Assembly: GCF_002198715.1 (NCBI RefSeq)
Contig: NZ_MWLK01000037.1
Location: forward strand, 1-32,000
DNA: 32,000 nucleotides
Source: Rhodomicrobium sp. R_RK_3
GTDB lineage: Bacteria; Pseudomonadota; Alphaproteobacteria; Rhizobiales; Rhodomicrobiaceae
Reading direction: 5' to 3'
This document shows positions 1 to 7,338 of the stretch, piece after piece. Made by a program: the position numbers and the translations under genes. Within the stretch, counting starts at the first letter, position 1; the number at the start of each line of letters is the position of its first letter. The notes beneath the pieces are model-generated. The model was not told where the DNA came from and made no database searches. It saw only the letters and a program-made list of their open reading frames with translations.

Positions 1-1155
1 GCCCCCGCCACAAAATCCTCCGCCACCGCGCCCCTGATCGCCCTGCACCACACCGGCCAGCCGGTCTGGACGCCGCGCGACTATGCCGGTTTCGCGCGCG
101 AGGGCTATGCGCGCAATCCGGTGGTCTACCGCGCCATCCGGCTGATCGCCGAATCCGCTGCCTCGGTGCCGATCCGCCTGTTCAACGGCGCCGCCGAGAT
201 CGCCGAGCACCCGCTGCTCGACCTCATCGCCGCGCCGAATGCCGGCTGCTGCGGCACCGACCTGCTCGAGGACTGGTACGGATATCTGCTCATCGCCGGC
301 AATGCGTATATCGAGGCGGTCAGCGTCGGTGGTAGCTTGCGCGAATTACACGTGCTCAGGCCCGACCGGATGAAGATCGTCGCGGGCGGCGATGGCTGGC
401 CGGAGGCTTATGACTATAGCGCCAATGGCGTGTCGGTGCGCTTCCGCCAGTCGCCGGAGCGCGGGCTGCGGCCGATCCTGCATATGGCGCTGTTCAACCC
501 GTCGAACGATTATTACGGGATGAGCCCGGTCGAGGCGGCGTCGGCGGCGGTCGATCTGCATAATGCGGCGTCGGCCTGGAACAAGGCGCTGCTCGACAAC
601 GCGGCGCGCCCGTCCGGCGCGCTGGTCTATACGGGTGCCGACGGGCATCTGAGCGAGGAGCAGTTCGCGCGGCTGAAGGCGGAGCTCGCCGAGAATTACC
701 AGGGTGCGATGAATGCCGGGCGTCCGCTGCTGCTGGAGGGCGGGCTGGACTGGAAGACCATGTCGCTGTCGCCGAAGGACATGGATTTCATCGAGGCGAA
801 ACATGTGGCGGCGCGGGAGATCGCGCTGGCGCTCGGCGTGCCGCCGATGCTGCTCGGCATCCCTGGCGACAATACCTATTCGAACTACCAGGAGGCGAAC
901 CGCGTCTTCTGGCGGCAGACGGTGCTAGGCCTCGTCGGGCGGACGCTGAAGGCGCTGTCGGTCTGGCTCGGGCCGGCCTATGGCGAGTGGCTGCAACTGC
1001 GCCCGGCGCTCGATGCGGTCGACGCGCTGTCCGCCGATCGCGCCAGCCTGTGGGACCGCGTCCAGCGCGCGGATTTCCTCACCGTCGACGAGAAGCGCGC
1101 GGCGGTCGGGCTCGGGCCGCTCGGCGTGGGTGACGCGAGTGTGGGCGCCGGGTAA
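1..1155 (+). CDS. HK97-family phage portal protein (GTA g3-like), 5' end truncated by window edge
   Basis: Frame 1 is open from nt 1. It reads APATKSSATAPLIALHHTGQPVWTPRDYAGFAREGYARNPVVYRAIRLI..., so the 121 start in the track is internal. The conserved portal core is present: LLEGGLDWKTMSLSPKDMDFIEAKHVAAREIALALGVPPMLLGIPGDNTYSNYQEANRVFWRQTV. It sits first in a portal-protease-capsid series. Confidence 0.9.
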   Translation, partial: APATKSSATAPLIALHHTGQPVWTPRDYAGFAREGYARNPVVYRAIRLIAESAASVPIRLFNGAAEIAEHPLLDLIAAPNAGCCGTDLLEDWYGYLLIAGNAYIEAVSVGGSLRELHVLRPDRMKIVAGGDGWPEAYDYSANGVSVRFRQSPERGLRPILHMALFNPSNDYYGMSPVEAASAAVDLHNAASAWNKALLDNAARPSGALVYTGADGHLSEEQFARLKAELAENYQGAMNAGRPLLLEGGLDWKTMSLSPKDMDFIEAKHVAAREIALALGVPPMLLGIPGDNTYSNYQEANRVFWRQTVLGLVGRTLKALSVWLGPAYGEWLQLRPALDAVDALSADRASLWDRVQRADFLTVDEKRAAVGLGPLGVGDASVGAG

Positions 1156-1354
1156 CCGGCTGGGCGCGCGGGCACCGGATGACCTACGCTTCGCGCGGGG
1201 GCTCGATACGCTCGACTTGCCATCCGCCGTTTGCCGTTGGCGCGGCTGCGGGATTGTGCGCGTGCGCCCGGCCTCCTGGCCGCGAGCGCGGCACCTATGG
1301 CCGGCCTCGCGCCCCCGGAATCCGGTTGGCTGCCTCCCGCTCCGCTTCCGCGCC

Positions 1355-1383
1355 TTGCCTCGCCATCCGCGCCTCGCTATAAA
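1355..1383 (+). promoter_or_regulatory. sigma70-like promoter candidate (TTGCCT-N17-TATAAA) upstream of the DUF2798 gene
   Basis: TTGCCT lies at 1355-1360, followed by a 17-nt spacer and TATAAA at 1378-1383. An A/T-only hexamer is rare in this GC-rich sequence. The site is 139 nt upstream of the 1522 ATG, in the 365-bp non-coding gap after the portal gene. This is a sequence match only. Confidence 0.3.
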
Positions 1384-1521
1384 CGCCACGCCGCATCGAA
1401 AGCGCAGCTGCAAAGCATCGACGTCAGCCGGCGCGGCTGCCGCCCGGCTACGCTGCCGCAATCGGGATTTGCCACGGGCTCCGCTCGTGGCAGGCGCGTG
1501 GGGCGCATCATTCGAGGCATT

Positions 1522-1779
1522 ATGTCGATACCGAAACTCAAGCGCCTGCCTGCGCGCTACGCGGCCCTGCTGGTGCCGCTCTTCGTCTCCATCCTGATGT
1601 CGGGGCTGATTTCCTTCGTCTCGACGCTGAAGAATGTCGGGCTGGAGCGGGGGCTGATCGGCGCCTGGATCGGCGCGTGGGAGCTGTCCTGGCTCATCGC
1701 CTTCCCGGCGCTGCTGGTGCTGCTGCCGGCGGTGCGGCGGGTCGTCGGCAAGCTGGTCGAGCCGGCCGCGCGCGGTTAG
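1522..1779 (+). CDS. small two-TM membrane protein, DUF2798-like (cargo/moron inside the GTA cluster)
   Basis: ATG at 1522 follows GAGG (1514-1517). The 85-aa product is MSIPKLKRLPARYAALLVPLFVSILMSGLISFVSTLKNVGLERGLIGAWIGAWELSWLIAFPALLVLLPAVRRVVGKLVEPAARG, with two hydrophobic helices in a DUF2798-like pattern. The longer 1231 start in the track adds only Arg/Ala/Pro-rich sequence. Confidence 0.6.
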   Translation: MSIPKLKRLPARYAALLVPLFVSILMSGLISFVSTLKNVGLERGLIGAWIGAWELSWLIAFPALLVLLPAVRRVVGKLVEPAARG

Positions 1780-2040
1780 CGCTTCGCCGGACGGACGGTG
1801 CCTCCCCTTCGCTGCGACGAGAACCGCCTGCGGGCGGCTTTGCCATTTCCGCCCCCGGCGCCAGCCGGCCGTGCTGCCGGGGTGCGGCGCGTCGTCGGCA
1901 CGCTGGTCGAGCCGGTCGGGCGCGGCTAGCGCTTCGCCAGGCGCACCGTGCCTCCCCTTCGCCGCGTCAAGCGCCGCCTCCGGGCGGCTTTCCCATTTCC
2001 GCCCCGGCGCCAGCCCGCCCTGCCGCCGGCAGCGCGGCGC
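1717..2040 (+). repeat. tandem direct duplication, ~150-bp period, 2 units plus a ~20-bp third start
   Basis: 1741-1890 aligns base-for-base with 1891-2040. Example: gtcgtcggcaAgctggtcgagccggCcgCgcgcggTtagcgcttcgcc versus gtcgtcggcaCgctggtcgagccggTcgGgcgcggCtagcgcttcgcc. By eye the units are ~80% identical, with a few 1-4 nt indels. Unit 1 contains the last ~20 codons and stop of the DUF2798 gene plus a small hairpin-T tract. Confidence 0.85.
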
Positions 2041-2070
2041 CCGCGCCCATCCGCGAGAGGCGACCGCCCC

Positions 2071-2691
2071 GTGCCATCACCCGTCAGTCTCGCCCGCCCG
2101 CGGCTTGCCGCCCATGGCGCCTTCGAAGGCTATGCCAGCCTGTTCGGCGCCGAGGACCAGAGCCGCGACCTGGTCATGCCGGGCGCCTTCCGCGCCTCGC
2201 TCGCCCGGCGCGGTGCGCAGAACATCCGCATGCTGTTCCAGCACGACCCGGCCGAGCCCATCGGCGCCTGGGACGAGATCCGCGAGGATGCGCGCGGGCT
2301 CTATGTGCGCGGCCGGCTGATCGAGGGCGTCGCCCGTGCCCGCGAGATCCTGGCGCTGCTGCGCGAAGGGGCCATCGACGGCCTCTCCATCGGCTTCCGC
2401 GCCCAGAAAGCGCTGCGCGACGCCCGCACCGGCCAGCGCCGCCTGGTCGAAATCGACCTTTGGGAGGTCTCCATCGTCACCTTCCCCATGCTGCCCGGTG
2501 CGCGCGTGAGCGCCGTAAAGCGCGGCGCGCCCTCAGCAGGGTCCCCCGCCCGGCCGTGCCGGACGCTCGCCGCCTTTTCCCCGGCTCTGAGCGCCGGCCC
2601 TTCGGGCCGCCCCGGATCTCGCCCCGCCGCGCTCTCCCCGGCGCGGCGCGAGACCCGGCCGGGCGGGGGCCTCCGTCTTGCGCGACCGTGA
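2071..2691 (+). CDS. HK97-family prohead (maturation) protease, GTA g4-like
   Basis: The conserved core reads FEGYASLFGAEDQSRDLVMPGAFRASLARRGAQNIRMLFQHDPAEPIGAWDEIREDARGLYVRGRLIEGVARAREILALLREGAIDGLSIGFRAQKALRDARTGQRRLVEIDLWEVSIVTFPMLPGARVSAVK. The start is taken as GTG 2071, in frame and just upstream of the domain, and is uncertain. The last ~55 codons are low-complexity P/R/A/G sequence of doubtful authenticity. Confidence 0.8.
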   Translation: MPSPVSLARPRLAAHGAFEGYASLFGAEDQSRDLVMPGAFRASLARRGAQNIRMLFQHDPAEPIGAWDEIREDARGLYVRGRLIEGVARAREILALLREGAIDGLSIGFRAQKALRDARTGQRRLVEIDLWEVSIVTFPMLPGARVSAVKRGAPSAGSPARPCRTLAAFSPALSAGPSGRPGSRPAALSPARRETRPGGGLRLARP

Positions 2692-3208
2692 GAATTGCGC
2701 CGGAAGCCTTTCCCGCGATCCTCATCTCTTGCCCAGGCTCGGGACCGGGAGGCCTGCTCGGGCGTCAGGCCCAATTGCGCCCGCCTGGACATCGCCACGC
2801 TCGCCGAATGGTGCCAGTCGAAGCCTTCGGCGAGGAGCGCACCGAGGGCGTGCGCGAGCTGGTAACGGCGCCGGAATTGCTCTCGGAGATCAGACCGGAC
2901 GCGGCGTCAATGGAGCCTCGCCTCCCCGCCCGGCACGCCTTGCCCTCGGTCCTTTTTATTCGCGCCTCCGCCTCTGTCGTCCCGGGGGCCGTCAGCGGCG
3001 GGACCCACGCGCGGACCAGCGGGCACCCTGGTCGCGGAGAGGCGAGTATGCCCCGGCTCTCGCCCGCCGGGCGACGGGGTTAAGATTGCCGAGTTGTGCG
3101 GATCGCAGGCTCGCCGGTCGCTTTCCAGCCAGCCCCCTTGAACCATTCACGCGCGCCGCCCTGCGCCGGGCGTCGCCCGCACCGCTTCCAGCAACCCATG
3201 AGGATGAC

Positions 3209-4471
3209 ATGACCGACTATACCGCTCCTGCCGAGTGGGAGAACAAGGCCGCGCGGCCGGGCGCTTCCGGCATCGGCGAGAGCTATGACGATTTCCTCAG
3301 CGCCTTCGAGGCGTTCAAGGACACCAATGACCGCCGCCTCGGCGAGATCGAGCGGCGCATGTCGGCCGACGTGGTGACCACGGAAAAGCTCGACCGCATC
3401 AACCGCGCCCTCGACGACTACAAGTCCACGGTCGACCAGCTCGTGCTGAAGGCGTCGCGCCCGCAGCGGGGCGGCGGCGCGGCCTGGAGCGGCGTCACGG
3501 CCGAGCACAAGGCCGCCTTCGAGACCTATATGCGGCGCGGCGAGGCGCAAAATCTGCGCCGGCTGGAGGAGAAGTCGCTCTCCGCCAGCGTCGATGCCGA
3601 TGGCGGCTATCTGGTGCCGGAGGAGATCGAGGCCGGCGTCATGCGCGCGCTGCGCGACGCCTCGCCGATCCGGGCGATTTCCGGCATCCGGCAGGTCTCC
3701 CGCAATGTCTACAAGAAACCCTTCGCCATCACCGGCGCGGCGACCGGCTGGGTTGCCGAGACCGGCACACGCGCACAGACCAACGCGCCGACCCTGGCCG
3801 AACTCGCCTTTCCGACCATGGAGCTCTACGCCATGCCGGCGGCGACCCAGACGCTGCTGGAGGACGCCGCCGTCAATATCGACGAATGGGTGGCCGAGGA
3901 AGTCCGCATCGCCTTCGCCGAGCAGGAAAATCTCGCCTTCGTCTCGGGCGACGGCACCAACAAGCCGAAAGGCTTCCTCAGCTACACCAAGATCGCCGAG
4001 TCGAGCTGGGCCTGGGACAAGATCGGCTACATCCTGACCGGCGCGGATGGCGGTTTCGCCGCCGGCAGCGCGGCCGACACGCTGATCGACCTCGTCTACA
4101 CCCTGAAATCGGCCTACCGCGCCAATGCGCATTGGGTGATGAACCGCTCCACCCAGGCCGAGATCCGCAAGATCAAGGACGATGACGGCAATTACATCTG
4201 GCGTCCGGGCGAGCAGGCCGGGCAGGGCGCGACGCTGATGACCTTCCCGATCGCCGAAACCGAGGATATGCCGGCCATCGCCGCCGACAGCTATTCGATC
4301 GCTTTCGGCGATTTCGGGCGCGGCTATCTGGTGGTCGACCGCATCGGCATCCGCATCCTGCGCGACCCGTTCTCGTCCAAGCCCTATGTGCTGTTCTACA
4401 CCACCAAGCGCGTCGGCGGCGGTGTCCAGGATTTCAACGCCATCAAGCTGCTGAAATTCGCCGACGCCTGA
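3209..4471 (+). CDS. HK97-family major capsid protein, GTA g5-like
   Basis: ATG at 3209 (MTDYTAPAEWENK...), 420 aa. There is an N-terminal coiled delta-like region. HK97-fold motifs are present: DGGYLVPEEIE, MELYAMPAATQTLLEDAAVNIDEWVAEEV, GDGTNKPKGFLSY and FYTTKRVGGGVQDFNAIKLLKF. The in-frame upstream extension to 2678 in the track is Arg/Pro-rich and non-coding in appearance. Confidence 0.93.
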   Translation: MTDYTAPAEWENKAARPGASGIGESYDDFLSAFEAFKDTNDRRLGEIERRMSADVVTTEKLDRINRALDDYKSTVDQLVLKASRPQRGGGAAWSGVTAEHKAAFETYMRRGEAQNLRRLEEKSLSASVDADGGYLVPEEIEAGVMRALRDASPIRAISGIRQVSRNVYKKPFAITGAATGWVAETGTRAQTNAPTLAELAFPTMELYAMPAATQTLLEDAAVNIDEWVAEEVRIAFAEQENLAFVSGDGTNKPKGFLSYTKIAESSWAWDKIGYILTGADGGFAAGSAADTLIDLVYTLKSAYRANAHWVMNRSTQAEIRKIKDDDGNYIWRPGEQAGQGATLMTFPIAETEDMPAIAADSYSIAFGDFGRGYLVVDRIGIRILRDPFSSKPYVLFYTTKRVGGGVQDFNAIKLLKFADA

Positions 4472-4495
4472 TCCCGGTTGGCCGCTTTGGCCATA

Positions 4496-4543
4496 GAGCG
4501 GGATGGGGAAAGCGGCGCCGGTCTCCCGATCGTCATCCCGCTC
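4496..4543 (+). other. long GC-rich hairpin 25 nt after the capsid stop (possible mRNA-stabilising or attenuating structure)
   Basis: GAGCGGGATG (4496-4505) is the exact reverse complement of CATCCCGCTC (4534-4543). An inner GGGA/TCCC pair extends the stem. No U-tract follows, so it is not a classical intrinsic terminator. Confidence 0.3.
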
Positions 4544-4948
4544 TAAATGTAAGAACCAGATCACCGTTCATGATTTTGGTCCGACCCAAGCCAAAATCAT
4601 CGTGATCTAGGATGTTGTAATGCTCCTTATGCAAATCGGCCACGCCTGCCACAGTTTCGCTGAAATCTGGGGAAATCGAATCGATGAGGGGCGATTCGAA
4701 ATCTCCGTCTCTAAACTATCAGAGCAACGGGGTTGCGTCTGTATCTCCTTGAAATGATAGCCATAACCAATCGGTTATACTCCTTATATGCCGTTTGGTG
4801 CAGCAAGGCCCGTTTCGTCCCGGTACGCAGATTCCCGGCTCTATGCCGAGGTAAAAAATTTTGCTTTTCCTATTCCTGTCGGACGCGGGCAAACCTACAT
4901 AGGTAACCACTAAGCGCTGCCCCCCAGCGCGATGGCCCGTCCGGGCCC

Positions 4949-4980
4949 GAGGCCGCGATGCCCTCCCCCATCGCGGCCTC
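4949..4980 (+). terminator. perfect 12-bp GC-rich hairpin followed by a pyrimidine/U-rich tract (terminator- or processing-like)
   Basis: GAGGCCGCGATG (4949-4960), loop CCCTCCCC, then CATCGCGGCCTC (4969-4980). It is followed by AACTCTTATCTCTCTTCTG. It sits at the right edge of the AT-rich island, 93 nt before the g6-like start. Confidence 0.35.
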
Positions 4981-5072
4981 AACTCTTATCTCTCTTCTGT
5001 CCCGCAAATCGGATCGCTGCCTTCGGGCGGCGGTCCTTTGCGCCCGCGCCTTCCCCTCCCGAGGTCCGCAAA

Positions 5073-5651
5073 ATGCCCCTGATTTTGACCGCCGGCCCTT
5101 CCGTCGAGCCGATCACGCTGGCCGAGGCCAAGGCCCATTGCCGCGTCGATGGCGATGCCGAGGACGTGCTGGTTGCCAGCCTGATCCTGGCGGCGCGGCT
5201 CCATATCGAGCGCTGCCTCGATCTCGCGCTGATCAGCCAGAGCTGGTCGCTCTATCTCGACCGATGGCCCGAGGCCGCGCCTGTCGAATTGCCGCTGGCG
5301 CCGCTGATCGGCGTCGACGCGGTGCGGCTCTACGGCCCGACCGGCAGCTCGGTGACGCTCGATCCCGCGCTGTTTGCCGTCGACGCGGCGTCGAGGCGGC
5401 CGCGCCTCGCCCGGCATGATGGGCAAAGCTGGCCGCTGCCCGGCCGCGCCGTCAACGGCATCGAGATCGCCTTCACCGCCGGCTATGGCGAGGCCGCCGA
5501 GGACGTGCCGATGCCGGTGCGCCTGGCGATCAAGCTCCTGGTCGCGCATTGGTACGAAGCGCGCGAGCCGGTGCTGTTCGGCGAGAGCGCCGACCCGGTG
5601 CCGGGCAGCGTCGCCAGCTTGATCGCGCCCTATCGCGGGGCGAAACTGTGA
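5073..5651 (+). CDS. phage gp6-like head-tail connector protein (GTA g6-like)
   Basis: ATG 5073 lies 8 nt after GAGG. The 192-aa product has the pattern ITLAEAKAHCRVDGDAEDVLVASLILAARLHIE...IEIAFTAGYG...VPMPVRLAIKLLVAHWYEAREP, typical of the gp6/connector family. The position after the capsid gene fits. Confidence 0.85.
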   Translation: MPLILTAGPSVEPITLAEAKAHCRVDGDAEDVLVASLILAARLHIERCLDLALISQSWSLYLDRWPEAAPVELPLAPLIGVDAVRLYGPTGSSVTLDPALFAVDAASRRPRLARHDGQSWPLPGRAVNGIEIAFTAGYGEAAEDVPMPVRLAIKLLVAHWYEAREPVLFGESADPVPGSVASLIAPYRGAKL

Positions 5652-5974
5652 GGCCGCGCATCGGACGGCTGCGCCACCGTTTGACCATCGAGCGGGCGGA
5701 GCGCACCGGGGATGGCGGCGGCGGCGCTGCCGTCTCCTGGGAGGAGGTCGCTGAGGTCTGGGGTCTGGTCGAGGCGACGGGCGGCAAGGAGGTGGTGGGC
5801 GCGGACCGGGTGACGGGGACGGCGGCGGTGCTGATCATGATCCGCCACCGCGCGGATGTGGTGCCGGCGATGCGGTTCCGGCGGGGGTCTGAGGTGTTTC
5901 ACATCCTCGCCGTGCTGGACAAGGATGGTCGCGGGCGCTTCCTGAGCTGCCTTTGCGAAAGGCGCGATCAATGA
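5648..5974 (+). CDS. phage head closure / head-tail adaptor protein (GTA g7-like)
   Basis: GTG 5648 overlaps the upstream stop as GTGA (5648-5651), which suggests translational coupling. The product is 108 aa: VRPRIGRLRHRLTIERAERTGDGGGGAAVSWEEVAEVWGLVEATGGKE...RFRRGSEVFHILAVLDKDGRGRFLSCLCERR. Both the length and the pattern fit head-closure proteins. Confidence 0.8.
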   Translation: MRPRIGRLRHRLTIERAERTGDGGGGAAVSWEEVAEVWGLVEATGGKEVVGADRVTGTAAVLIMIRHRADVVPAMRFRRGSEVFHILAVLDKDGRGRFLSCLCERRDQ

Positions 5975-6342
5975 AGCTGGACGCGCGTATTGAAGGGCTT
6001 GGAGCTTTTGGCGACGCCCTGGAACGGATCGCCGACCCGAGTGGCCTTGCGGAGGTTTTGGAGACGGCGGCGGAAAGCATTTGCGGCGCTGCGCGTGTAA
6101 AGCTTGCGGACGGCCAGCCGCCCGATAGCCGCTCCGGCGCGCTCGCCGCCTCGCTGACGGTGGAAGCCGCGAGCGATGGCGCCGGGTACAAGGTCGGCAC
6201 GCCGCTCGATTATGGCTGGCATCTCGAATTCGGCAGCCTCGGCCGAGCCGCGACGCCATGGCTTGAGCCGTCGCTGGATGATGCGCGCCCCGGCATCGTG
6301 GACGCGGTCAAGCGCTGGCTCGCAGCGCCGGGCAAACCCTAG
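5971..6342 (+). CDS. HK97 gp10-family phage protein (head-tail joining)
   Basis: ATG 5971 overlaps the upstream stop as ATGA (5971-5974). The product is 123 aa with ...GTPLDYGWHLEFGSLGRAATPWLEPSLDD..., a gp10-like signature. The 5953 start in the track is an alternative. Confidence 0.72.
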   Translation: MKLDARIEGLGAFGDALERIADPSGLAEVLETAAESICGAARVKLADGQPPDSRSGALAASLTVEAASDGAGYKVGTPLDYGWHLEFGSLGRAATPWLEPSLDDARPGIVDAVKRWLAAPGKP

Positions 6343-6350
6343 CCATTCCT

Positions 6351-6449
6351 GTCCTTCCCGCGAAGGCGGAAATCCAGTGGCCGCGGAAGTTGCGTTCAGC
6401 CCTCCGGCCGATGCCAGCCCCATTACTTTCCCCCCTTCGCGGGAATGAC
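6351..6449. repeat. MITE/REP-like element, family 'GTCATTCCCGCGAAGGCGGGAATCCAG' (copy I)
   Basis: Left end gtccttCCCGCGAAGGCGGaaatccag (6351-6377). Inverted right end CCTTCGCGGGAATGAC (6434-6449). It fills the gap between the gp10-like and DUF3168 genes. Related copies lie at 8674-8780 and 27364-27440. Confidence 0.6.
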
Positions 6450-6484
6450 GCCTCCATAATCACCCTCCCGCAAAGGACCTCTTC

Positions 6485-6892
6485 ATGACCAATCCTGGCT
6501 GGGACCTGCAAAAAACCGTCTACACCGCCCTCGCCGCCGACGCGCAACTCACCGCCCTGATCGACACCGGCCTCTACGACCACGTGCCGCAAAACGCCGC
6601 CTTCCCCTTCGTCGTCATCGACCAGATGCAATTGCGCGACTGGAGCACCGGCACCGAGCGCGGCTCCGAGCATGTGCTGATGCTGCATGTCTGGTCGCGC
6701 CAGGAGGGCAAGCGCGAAGCCTATGCCATCGCCGACGCCGTGCGCGAGGTGCTCGACGGCGCCGAGCTGACACTCGACGACAACCGGCTGGTCAATCTCG
6801 CGCACCAGTTTTCCGACCTGAAACGCGACCCCGATGGCGAGACATATCACGGCGTGCTGCGCTTCCGCGCGATGACCGCGCCGCTGATCTAG
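6485..6892 (+). CDS. DUF3168 tail-completion/terminator-like protein (GTA g8-like)
   Basis: 135 aa. The pattern TVYTALAADAQLTALIDTGLYDHVPQNAAFPFVVIDQMQLRDWSTGTERGSEHVLMLHVWSRQEGKREA matches the DUF3168 family found at this position in GTA clusters. Confidence 0.8.
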   Translation: MTNPGWDLQKTVYTALAADAQLTALIDTGLYDHVPQNAAFPFVVIDQMQLRDWSTGTERGSEHVLMLHVWSRQEGKREAYAIADAVREVLDGAELTLDDNRLVNLAHQFSDLKRDPDGETYHGVLRFRAMTAPLI

Positions 6893-6914
6893 CCCCCCAT
6901 TTTTGGAGATCCCC

Positions 6915-7328
6915 ATGGCGGCCCAACGCGGCAAGAACCTCCTGCTGAAAGTCGATGCGACCGGCTCCGGCAGTTTTGCGACCGTCGCTGGCCTGCGCGC
7001 CCGCAGCCTCGCCTTCAATGCGGCGACCGTCGACATCACCCACACCGAATCCGCCGATGAATGGCGCGAATTGCTGGCCGGGGCGGGGGTGAAGACCGCG
7101 CGGCTTTCCGGCAGCGGCATCTTCAAGGACGCCGCATCGGATGAGACCGTGCGCGGCTATTTCTTCGCCGGGACCATCCGCGACTGGCAGGTGGCGATCC
7201 CCGATTTCGGCACGGTCGAGGGCGCGTTCCAGATCACCGCGCTCGAATATTCCGGCAGCCACGACAACGAGCTGACTTTCGAAATCGCGCTGGAATCCGC
7301 CGGCGCGCTGACTTTTGCCGCCGCTTGA
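6915..7328 (+). CDS. phage major tail (tube) protein, TP901-1 family (GTA g9-like)
   Basis: ATG 6915 lies 6 nt after GGAG (6905-6908). The 137-aa product has the pattern FATVAGLRARSLAFNAATVDITHTESADEWRELLAGAGVKTARLSGSGIFKD...GAFQITALEYSGSHDNELTFEIALESAG. The track start at 6903 is a TTG. Confidence 0.85.
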   Translation: MAAQRGKNLLLKVDATGSGSFATVAGLRARSLAFNAATVDITHTESADEWRELLAGAGVKTARLSGSGIFKDAASDETVRGYFFAGTIRDWQVAIPDFGTVEGAFQITALEYSGSHDNELTFEIALESAGALTFAAA

Positions 7329-7338
7329 GGGCCAAGCC

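Noticed and set aside
1677-3083. 468-aa Arg/Pro/Ala-rich ORF on the + strand
   Set aside because: It runs through the 150-bp tandem repeat, out of frame across the protease gene, and through the spacer. The repetitive PR-rich translation reflects the DNA repeat and GC bias rather than a protein.
3080-4564. 494-aa ORF on the - strand
   Set aside because: Antisense to the HK97 major capsid gene. A shadow ORF.
4620-4757. 45-codon ORF in the AT-rich island as a called gene
   Set aside because: It has a plausible AGGA 7 nt upstream and a His/Cys pattern. It has no homology that I can recognise, it is very short, and the region is equally well explained as structured RNA. It is kept as a hypothesis inside the island finding and not listed as a feature.
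4719-4982. 87-aa ORF on the - strand spanning the island edge
   Set aside because: It starts in the GC-rich hairpin region and crosses into AT-rich DNA. The amino-acid sequence is implausible and there is no RBS. Likely spurious.
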